A stretch of DNA of 33,183 nucleotides from Atractiella rhizophila (lineage: Eukaryota): assembly GCA_021432655.1 (NCBI GenBank), contig MU271675.1, forward strand, positions 1 through 33,183, given 5' to 3'. Numbering within the stretch: position 1 is the first letter of the stretch; the number at the start of each line of letters is the position of its first letter. Shown here one piece after another: positions 12,805 to 22,378 of the stretch. The notes below the pieces were generated by a model, which saw nothing but the letters and a program-made list of their open reading frames with translations, was not told the DNA's origin and did not search any database. The position numbers and the translations under genes were made by a program.

Positions 12805-13820
12805 ATGGCCTCAAGCAAGCATCTCAGTCTCAGTAGCTGACTCCACATCTTCTAGACCTTTCGAACAAACAAGACATCGGTTCCCTGGGCTATTGGTCCG
12901 TCTCCTCCCACAAACCCGGATATGGGGTCGAAAACGTACGCTTTTTCTCCTCCATTTACATTTCTCACTACTCGGCAACTTCAGCTCGCGGATCCCTCTC
13001 TCGAAACGACATGGCAATCCGAAGGCCCACAACCTCACCTAATAAACGTCGTCTTCCCCCGCCGCGTATCGGTGATGCTCGTATCTTTGTACACGGACGT
13101 GATACGCGACGATTCCTATACGCCACACAAGATCAGCATACGCTGCGGAACGAATCTGGGCGACTTGAACGAGTGCGTCGTTGCCGAGTTGAACAAGCCG
13201 AAGGGTTGGCAGCACTTCAGTTTGGTCCATGGACAGCTTGGTATGAGTGATTCACCTGCGGGTATGATGGATGACAAGTGCGTACTTTTCCTTCCTTTCA
13301 CCCTGCTTTGTTGAAAATGTTTCATGGCAGAGAGAAAGAGAAGGATGTAGCGCGAATCTCCATCTTACAAATCGCCGTCCTTTCCAATCACCTAAATGGC
13401 AAAGACACCCATATCCGCTCCATCCGCATCTTTTCCCCTCTTCCCTCTCCATCCTCCTCCTCCACCTCCCTCACAACATCCCTCTCCCCCAACCCGCCCG
13501 CATTCTCCGCTCTCCCATTCCCGGTACCCTCCACGCGAGTCGGTGGCTACGGCGGGGTTGAGGGTGGAAAGATGTACCTTCCACTGCCTATGTCCATGGG
13601 AGGGGCTCTTTTGGAGAAGACGCAGGATATGTTTGAGAGGAGAGACATTCTGAGATCTGCATATGAGGAGAGGAAGGGGGACATTGAGAAATTGTCAGGG
13701 AGAAGTTTGAGTGAGGAGGATCTGGGCTTTGATGACGAGAGCTTGGTGAGAGAATTTGTGAGGGAGATGCCGTTATGGACGAAGAGCTTGAGAGAGGGCA
13801 GGGGAGGCAGTATCAGATGA
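12805..13820 (+). CDS. APC10: Anaphase-promoting complex subunit 10 (Doc1)
   Basis: DIGSLGYWSVSSHKPGYGVEN|LADPSLETTWQSEGPQPHLIN, DDSYTPHKISIRCGT, PKGWQ and LQIAVLSNHLNGKDTHIRSIRIFSP. The start at 12805 requires a GC-AG first intron (12815..12855). TGA at 13818-13820. Confidence 0.93.
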
Positions 13821-14320
13821 CTTTTTCTCCCTTTTTGTGTTTTGGGTGTGAATGCGCATAAACCATAACGTGTATACTTCTGGTAGCAAACAGAATACAG
13901 ACTACCTTATGTGCAATCTCAAGTGTTGTCACATCATGGAAGCAAGGAAATAGACTGAAGTAAGGTTTTCAGGGAGGAAGGTGGAAAGGCAAGGCGTGCA
14001 CGCACTCAGGCTGGGCTCCCTTCTCACATGATTTGGCTGCACGCTTATACCTATGAGCTCAAACCTCGAAACCCAGTGCTGCCACTGGTTTCCGACAATC
14101 TTCTATGGTTAAACGTAGCTGTATTTCCTCCATCGTACATTACATGTGTTACAAGTAGACCGGTCCAAGCGAGACATCGCAAGAGAACGAGTGAATGGTT
14201 ACTAACAAAGGTGAATATCAAACGCATTGAATGAATGCTGCCACTGCCAACGACTGATATATGCGACAGATGAGCTATGTGTCCGTATACCCTTTATAGG
14301 CTTTTCGATACCTCTTAAAC

Positions 14321-15510
14321 CTACGGTAGGCGGCCCCTTGCCCGGCGGTCACCTCCACAGTATGCTCTTGCATTCTCCCACCATTTCTTAATCCAGTTTC
14401 GACTCAGAGTCAGCTTGAAGGATGTCCAGATGACGATGATAACAGGTAACAAGTGTAGCATCCACTTGTGGTCATCATGGAGGTGTTCAGACGTGAAGTT
14501 GTAGGCTACAATGAGTTGAATGATCCAAAACACTGCCCAGGGAACGACTTGGCAGTCTGGTTCTCGAGTGTTATATCGTCCCTCAGCTATGTTTACTTTC
14601 AGCTTGGATGTAAGGGGCAAATAACCATTAGGACCTACCGCTTTGAGAATGGGATGGTGAACTGATGTCGACCCACGCGACACCAGCTATGAGGAGAAGA
14701 TAGCAGATCCAACGCCAGAGGTATTTCCCATTGTCTGCGTTGTCTGAAGGCATGAGCATTCCAACGGCAACGCCCATCATGATGACGGAGAGGCCGTCCG
14801 CGATTCTAATCGTTGATGGAGCTGCCTCGCGTTTTGTCATGTTCTGAGTGGTCTTAATAACGAGGAGAACAAGGTCTTCAATACGTGTATGCTGTCACAA
14901 AATAAATAAACTGGACAGAGATGATTGAATTTCGCGTTCACCTCGATTAGAGTGCTGTTGGCAACAGGTATATTTGCGGAAGGTGAGCTCTCGAAAGCTA
15001 CCGAAGTGGGATTCCTAGCTGCGAGTGAGATGCGAATCGAGAAGGCATTACATATGAAGCACCTTTGAGGCACGGATTCAGCTGCATCCAGGTTCAGCCA
15101 ATGCATTTCAGTTAAATGTAGATGCTCACATTGGATAACTTGAGAAGCTGGAGGTATGTGTTGTCCAGCTTGAGCTCCAAGGACGGTGTCTGGTCCCAAG
15201 CTACACTCCGTCAGTGTCATCAGACACGTCGAGATCAAGGTGAATGTACCATTTCATGGATGCAGCAGATGCAGCAGATGCAACAGTGCTGGTGGACTCC
15301 ATGGAAGTGGTCCAATTACGTAATGGTCGAACTGCAAATTTGAGTCTGACTTGCTGACTTATTTATCTTCCAACTTGGAGCAGGTCGGTTAAGTTGGGGC
15401 TGAGAAACTGAGCTCCCTGAGGCCCTGAGGTCGGAAACATTGGAGAGCGCTCCGTTCTCTTTTTGAAGAACGCGGTGGATAGGATTCCTGGATGGATCAG
15501 GGGGGACCAC
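14321..15510 (-). CDS. Unknown multi-pass (~4 TM) membrane protein, family copy 2 (5' end uncertain, abuts the P-like element)
   Basis: Introns 15082..15129, 14892..14941 and 14587..14638 sit at the same positions and phases as in copy 1. Spliced product: SQVIQ|SESVPQRCFIC...|HTRIEDLVLLVIK...LWRWICYLLLIAGVAWVDISS...HSQS|AEGRYNTREPDCQVVPWAVFWIIQLIVAYNFTSEHLHDDHKWMLHLLP. Confidence 0.7.
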
Positions 15511-15570
15511 TGCAGAGATGGACGAGTCCTAATAATGAATGTCAGAACTGTAATTCAGTGCACAGGTATC

Positions 15571-15599
15571 CAAGAGGTGTTCAGAACCTTAATTTCAGA
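15571..15599 (+). repeat. Left terminal inverted repeat of the P-like element
   Basis: Inverted match to 22265-22293; immediately preceded by TSD AGGTATC. Confidence 0.9.
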
Positions 15600-16269
15600 C
15601 AAAACCTTAGCTACGCACAACTGGAATTGAGCGGACGCCGGGAAGAAGCGTAAATCCTTGCGCCAGTCTCCGAGAGTCCGAAGCCAGCAGAATCGACATC
15701 TTTTCCACTTCTTCAGTATTGCTAATGCCTTCTTCGTCGTTTCGTGCATTTCAACACCCGCACCCGCTTTCGTCTCCGTCTTGAAAATTTCCTCACATCC
15801 ACCTCACATCCTTCATATCCTCAACTATCCCTTGATCAACAGAATACAACCGTCTGCAATACCCGTCAGCAACGATCAGGCATAGTCTATCTAACGTCTG
15901 AGGAGAGTGGAAGAGAAGAGACGGGGAGGAATTCTGTGTTGGAATAAGAAGCGCTTGTGCTGACGCTTTGATCTACCTCATCTGCATTTCTGTCTATTTG
16001 GTACGCACTGTTTTGTTGGATCTCCCAATTCCGCCATCAACGACCTCATTTCTATCCTTTCTTGACTTCTATTATGTATTGAGCAGTTTGATTGTAGTTG
16101 CACACCTCATGAATCCGGTGCCACTTTTCAATACGAAAACCAACACAGTCATGCATTCCGGTCTGTTGAAGCTTGGTTGTTTTTCTCTTTTCGTTTTTGG
16201 TTTCCCGTTCATCTTACGCATTCCGCGTCTGACTGTTCTGTCCGCTACTGTAGTTTAGTCTCGTTCGCA

Positions 16270-16391
16270 TTACCTGAGGTTCATCTTTTCCTCTTCCTGT
16301 CTTTCTGATGAACCTCAGGTAAGCATCCTATCACACGCTCACATGCAATACTGATCTTTTCCTCTTCCTGTCTTTCTGATGAACCTCAGGT
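16270..16391. repeat. 16-bp perfect inverted repeat overlapping a 38-bp direct repeat
   Basis: TTACCTGAGGTTCATC (16270-16285) pairs with GATGAACCTCAGGTAA (16307-16322). ATCTTTTCCTCTTCCTGTCTTTCTGATGAACCTCAGGT occurs at 16283-16320 and 16354-16391. Confidence 0.85.
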
Positions 16392-16472
16392 TCAACACGG
16401 TCTACCGTCTCACTGTGCTCCTGATTTACAAGAGTCTGTGAACCATTTTCACCCATTTGTCCCACCGCCGTC

Positions 16473-19400
16473 GATGTTCCCATTACCAGATACAATTCCT
16501 ACACAAAGCCCTTTTAATTCACACCGTGCCGCAAAACCAAAGTTTCAGTCCGGATCGTTGCTTCCTCTTAATAGTTATCAAAATGTGTTTCTATCGCTTT
16601 CTTCAACTCCAACCTCCCCCTCAAAAAAACGACGGAAGAGAGGACGCACCTTGGATGAAGACACAATCCGTCCTGCACAGTCGAAACGTGCGAGGGATGA
16701 GTCCGGCTCTTCTGCACCATCAAGTCCTGTATCTCAGTCCCCAGAGAACCAAATACACAGAATGCACCGACTTCATAATGATTCTCATTTGGGAATATCA
16801 GGTCCATCATCTCCTTTACAATCGGTCAGTTTCCTGCTACTGGCCTCCATATAACCCTTACAATAGTGCTAATCATGTATGCTTTCAGCCGGTGGTGCTT
16901 GCCAGAACCAGTCTTCTCCCAGCCTTACCACTGTCTTCACATCTGAATACATCTGTTCCCGCATTTGCCGCATCTGCTCCTCAAGCTGAGTCACCTTTGG
17001 TATGGCGTGTTTATATGTTGACGCAAAACAAAGACTTATTGCTTTCGCACACAGGTTGCTGACCGTGACTACTGCTCAAAATGTGGCATTGCGGACTCAT
17101 CCAAGCTTAAGCAGCTCGCTAATCACCAGTCTAGCAATGCATGCAAACATACACACGAAACTCTGAAGACACGGGGATGGCATCCGTCGACATGGACACC
17201 AAACTTCGTCTCTGGTAAGTAATGTGAATATATGTGGTGCCTTTTTGAGTTGTGTGTCAGGTCCCAATCTCCACCAACGCCTCCAAACCGAAGGTTTCTG
17301 CCACGGTGTCATCATTTCACCTCCAGATCAATCGCTCACCTCCGGTTTCGTTCCAACGATACACAAATCTACCGATCCCCCCAATCCATTCGTCTACATC
17401 CTCGACAGAAATCATGATGTACTCCTCTCTACCAAATGAAGAAACGAATTGAGCTTGTTCACTCCCTCATCCTCGCCATTGAACACAGCCATTTCTCCCG
17501 AATCCCAGAGCTTCTTCGAAGGTCACGGATAGCAAAAATGGGCATGAAGGCTATCACTGATCTCATTATTCGAGCTTCCGAAGGCTTGTATCATATGCGC
17601 TCCTACAGTGACAAGATCATCAAGGTAGCCACAATTGTAAAGGCTTATGGCGGACGTATCCCTCTCGAGGTCCTTCGCAAACAGTTCAGCGATCAGTTAC
17701 CTTCTCGTACAACCATCTGGTGTCATAATGCAAACGCTCGAATTCGGCTCTCTGCCAGCTACCCTACTCCTCAAGAGGTCAAACATAATCTTGACGTCTT
17801 TTTCCCCATGTCGACACTCCGGCAAACTGGTCAGCGCTTTGGTGTGGGAATTGACCTTGATGAGCTCAAGATGGCAGAGAAGTTTGTTTTTGACTCCCAC
17901 ACAAAGCTCCTTGCTGGTGGTTGTCGTCGACATTTGGAAGGAAGAGACCTACAACTGGAAAACTTCGAAGCATTGAAGAGAATAAAAGGATGGGTTGATG
18001 ATGGGAGCTGGCATGTTGGAAAGTATGCAACCGTAATGGGAATGTCAGTTTATTCTGAAAATTGTGTGTCCTAAGTTACTACTTCCTCGTTGTGTTGACT
18101 AATGTTAGTCTAGTCCCTCCTCTCATCCCCTTGGCTGTATCTACTTCTTGTATGGAAGAAACAGCGGAAACAGAGGGCGACATGATTGATACTGTTGTGG
18201 TGACAGCACGAGAATACCTGAAGGATACAGGTTGCGAGGTTTGGGTTATCAACTCCGATGGTGCATCCACATGTCGCACCCTCTTTCGCCGACGCTTTAT
18301 GTCTCATCATATTCTTGATGTCCTTCCAGACCTCGAAAGCTTTCTAGCCCGGGATCTTCCATTGTTCAACTATTCTTGCAGCCGAGAGGGTATCCTTGCA
18401 TTCATAGACACCTTGCACAAGATAAAAACGTCGGCAGCTTGGATACGGTCTTCAAAAGGGATCTACATCGGAGGCATCTACCTATCTCCTACCTCACTTC
18501 GCCAGCACCTCCGCTGAATTCTTCCGTCTATGTCAGAATACTCCTTAGAACAACTTCTTGACCCTGATGACCATCAGAACGTGCCTAAATCCACTCGCTT
18601 ACTCGCTCGTCTCGTCGATATTTCCCAGATGCAAGAGGCACCAAGCGAGTCTCCTTTAGTAGAGGATGAGTGGAGAGCTTGGCAGCTTATCGGAGCGATG
18701 ATTGAACAATACTACGATGCATTTACAGATGTTGATCTCAGTCTTGCTCAACAACTGATGAAGTTATCAACATTTGCTTATCTCTGCACCATCCTTGTCA
18801 ACAAGTACGGCCGCACTTTTGTCGGGCTTGCCCCTACGCATTATCGAAACGTACCATTCGAAGTCACGTGACCTATTTCATCACGTCAAAGGATCACGTG
18901 CCTCCCCATCGCCGCTTTGCTCACATTCGCGCTGATCGCCGCTTTCCCTATCTTACACGAATCGCCGCTCAGCAAACCTTACACATTTCGCCGGTCTGCA
19001 CCGTCTCTATTATTGCTTTATTGTCCTTTCTCACTTGTACTCCTCAGTATGCCTTATTTCCGAGTATTCCCTTTGTTGCTTTCCTGATCTAGCTATCTTA
19101 CATGTTTCAAGGAACGTATGTTACAGTTTATGGCAGTGCCCTTACATATGTATATATACATCGAGATGTAGTGGTGGTGACCTCAGAGTATTCTCTTAGG
19201 TTTACCTCCACTACAGGTTAGTCTCAGCATACCATGCTATTCTCTTAGGTTTACCTCCACTACAGACGCATCGCCTATCGGCGACCGCACATAGTGTCAG
19301 CCCTAACAGCTTTCATGCATCCGGAACTTTACCATGACATCCTCCTTGACATTTCCACCATCTTCAAACTAGCAGCCCGTGCCTGTCAAATAGACTCGGA

Positions 19401-21992
19401 ATATCAATTTTGCATTATCAGACTTGGGACTGATTCCCTAGAAAAGCTCTTTGGGATCTTGAGAACAATGGTGGGAAGTGATTCAGACTGTGATGCCATC
19501 CAGATCATTGATCGAGCTTCTACTGCCACTCTCATCAAGCAGATATGGCACGAGCATCCACATCTTCAACCAATTAACCAACGGCTCTGTCTCAGAAGCC
19601 GCGACGGTTCTAACAACCTCCGAACCACAGCAGTGAAAGGGGATGTCCGCATTAGCACGATTCCAAAGGAACTTGCCGAAGAGGCTGAGGAGATTACCTG
19701 GAAGGAAGGATTGCGAAGGGCCTGGGTGAAAGGACGAGCCAGTTGCGAAAGCATCTTATCCAACTCTGGCATACCAGACCTAGCCCCCGATTGGACGTCA
19801 ATGGAGAAGACAGGCATTGATATCTGTAATCCTATGGGAAAGCCGAACTTTTGCCTCCCAATGGCGGCAGCAATGATGATGACATTATCAGCGACCTGTT
19901 CCCTTCCACAACCGAAACCCCTCCCTCTCCTACACCGTCAGTCCCAATGCCTTCTTATCCTGCATCATCCGCACCACCAGTCCTGGCACTTCAACTTCCT
20001 GGTACGTCCTTAAGATCGACTATTCCAGTCACATCCTCAATTTCCATGCCACCTCCACCACTTAGTCCTTGGGCGATTCCTCCGTCTACAGCGCCTGTCC
20101 CCTTGACTGCGAAGCTCTCTACAGCCCCGGCAGTCACAGTACCTGTTCTTCCATCCACCCACACGTTTGATGAGGACCAAGAGATAATTGTGGATCTAGC
20201 AGATCCTCTGAATCAGGATATTGTGGATGAGATGGAAATGGATGAAACAGAGGATCGCATCGATTACCAATGGAAGAGGAAGCGGTCTGACTTTTTCTTC
20301 AAGGATGATGACGGAGTAGAGATTCACATTGCAACTGTGGTCAGGTATATTATGAATGCTGCCTGGGTGGCATTGAGCGTGGACCGAGAGGGGAAGTATA
20401 AGGGAAAACTTAAGTATGGAACTGGGCTGAATGCGGATCTCATCGCCCGCAACGAAACATGGAAGAAAGATCCAAACCTCCTTCATCATGGAAACCTCAT
20501 AGCCACCTTACTCAACGTTGGACAGGAATTTGCACTCGCCATATGCGTGTTTGATTCCTGTAAGAGTTTTGGTGCAGTGGGGGATTTCATTCCTCGCTCA
20601 AAACTCGGTAATCCTGCTTTCTCAACCCCTTTACAAGTGCCACTTCTCCAACTCACCCCCGATTCAACTTCAACAGTTTCTGCAACTCAGTCATCAGCAA
20701 CCCACGAAACCCAGTGGCAGTGGAACCACCAATATGTTCCGGTTGCAGATGCATCATCGTCATCCACCACCTTTCATGAAGCATTTGACGTCTCATCCCA
20801 ACACGTCATACCGTTAACAGCAGATAAGGACTTTACGATTCAATCATCCATGGACCTGAATGGAAATGTTCGCTTGACATGGGTCTTTGAGCGGTCCAAG
20901 TTGGACTCTGTGTTACACCATGTCTTCAATCACGCATGCAAACTTGACCAAGAGATACAATGTTTCCGCTGCCGTGGCGCATACCCTTGTGAGTCTGGTA
21001 AGTATTCCTGATTATGGTTGTATTTTTATATACTGAAACATAAGCTAGGAGAGCAACGGCTATGTCTGTCACCATTGGACTCTCTCCTTCGTTCAGCTTC
21101 AAACCTCTACGAGGTTAAACCATGCAAGATACCTGGCTGTAAAGCCATTGTTAAGCTAAACCACATGCGATCGCATGTGGCTGCCCATATTCTTAGCTTT
21201 CTCCATCCGGGCCACTGTGAACAACCTTCGCACCTTATTCTGCTTCCCCCCTGCCACACATCTAGAATTGGTGACAAGAATGTATCGGTATGTTTCTTTC
21301 TTTCTCAAGACCATCTTCTGCTAAACCGACATACTATAACTTTAGCCTGTGTTCTTCACCTGCAGGTTTTGTGGTTCGAATAATGGGAGCTGTTCAACAA
21401 TGTTGAAGAAGAAGGGGAACAGAGTTGTGGTAGGTGGGGTGTGTAGCAGCGGATATCGTCCTTCAACTTTCAATCACGTTTGAGCGCGGATCTCAATTGA
21501 CAAAAGGATGGGAAGAAAAAGTACAAGACTGATAATCCTTCATCGAACATCCCCTCCCACTGCACACTTTGTGTCAATGCTGAAGGTGTTTCCCTTTGGA
21601 GCTATACCATGCCATTCCACCTTCAACAGCAGCATCCGAATGCCACCTATGCCGAAATATTAAACCACAATCAAGATGTCTCAACTGTCTTCCTTCCTCC
21701 CGATAGTGACGAAGTCTCCAAAGTCTTAAATGGGAGATTTCAAGACATTTGAGGCAGAAGAGGTTGGAGGAAAGAGAAAAAGCACAAGGCCACGATACAG
21801 TACAATGTGTGCTTGCACAGGTACCGTCTCCTTTGTCTAGACATACTTCATCTTCTGTACAGATGCTGGATAACGGGCCAATGGAGATGGCGATGGGGAA
21901 TGATGATCGTGCAGCTGACCTCGAGTTCGACCCCCCCTTCCATCAGTGATCCACTCCATGTCGGAGGAGCAATTGGACAAAGAGGGGAATGA
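16473..21992 (+). pseudogene. P-element/THAP9-like DDE transposase, intron-containing and disabled (ends approximate)
   Basis: Ordered motifs: N-terminal CSKC..H....C, LPSRTTI, IDLDE (17850-17864), NSDG (18251-18262), DTLHKIK (D-x2-H-x2-K, 18407-18427), DPDDHQNVPK, GTDSLEKLFGILR (E at 19441), then C-terminal Cys/His clusters (CKIPGC..HVAAH, CTLC..H....H). In-frame TGAs at 17415, 18515 and 21481, a frameshift near 19850, and an LTR insertion. Confidence 0.75.
18820..19308. mobile_element. Solo LTR nested in the P-like transposase, 489 bp
   Basis: TGTCGGG...CCCTAACA termini, flanked by ACTTT (18815-18819) and GCTTT (19309-19313), a 5-bp TSD with one mismatch. Excision restores YGRTFMHPELYHD in frame. 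Non-coding, with a TATA-like TATATATA near 19151 and an internal 28-bp direct repeat. Confidence 0.85.
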
Positions 21993-22264
21993 AGCAGCAA
22001 TGATTCTTGCGGCTCTCTGGAACACCCTGCCTGTTTGATTGGTGAGTGTCAGGTTACGGCATGTTTGGTTTGGTTTCAATGTACCCTCAAGCTGATGGCA
22101 AAAGGCTAGATTTCCCCTTGTGCATGCTGCTTCTCAGCTGCCTCTTACAACGTACCCCAGACATGTCTTCTCATGTACTTAACAGTATGAACTCTAAACT
22201 TGGGCATCAAAAATTCACGATATCCCAGAAAAGCCAAGCCCCCACCCTTGAGGTCCGTGGGATA

Positions 22265-22293
22265 TCCGAAATTCGGGTTTTGAACACCTCTTG
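22265..22293 (-). repeat. Right terminal inverted repeat of the P-like element
   Basis: Inverted match to 15571-15599; immediately followed by TSD AGGTATC. Confidence 0.9.
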
Positions 22294-22378
22294 AGGTATC
22301 CCGTTCCACCGACTGTTACCAATTCCGCCCGTAGTACTTAACAACCAGACAAAGGCACACCATTTGGCGCGATTTGGG

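Larger units (their letters stand above)
15571..22293 (+). mobile_element. Complete TIR DNA transposon, P-element superfamily-like, 6723 bp
   Basis: Left TIR CAAGAGGTGTTCAGAACCTTAATTTCAGA (15571-15599) versus reverse complement of 22265-22293 CAAGAGGTGTTCAAAACCCGAATTTCGGA: 25/29 identical, first 13 perfect. TSD AGGTATC at 15564-15570 and 22294-22300. An internal DDE-type transposase is present. Confidence 0.9.

Noticed and set aside
11303..14683. Apparent frameshifts in membrane-protein copies 1 and 2 suggesting pseudogenes
   Set aside because: Explained by canonical phase-1 introns (11354..11400 and 14587..14638) at homologous positions.
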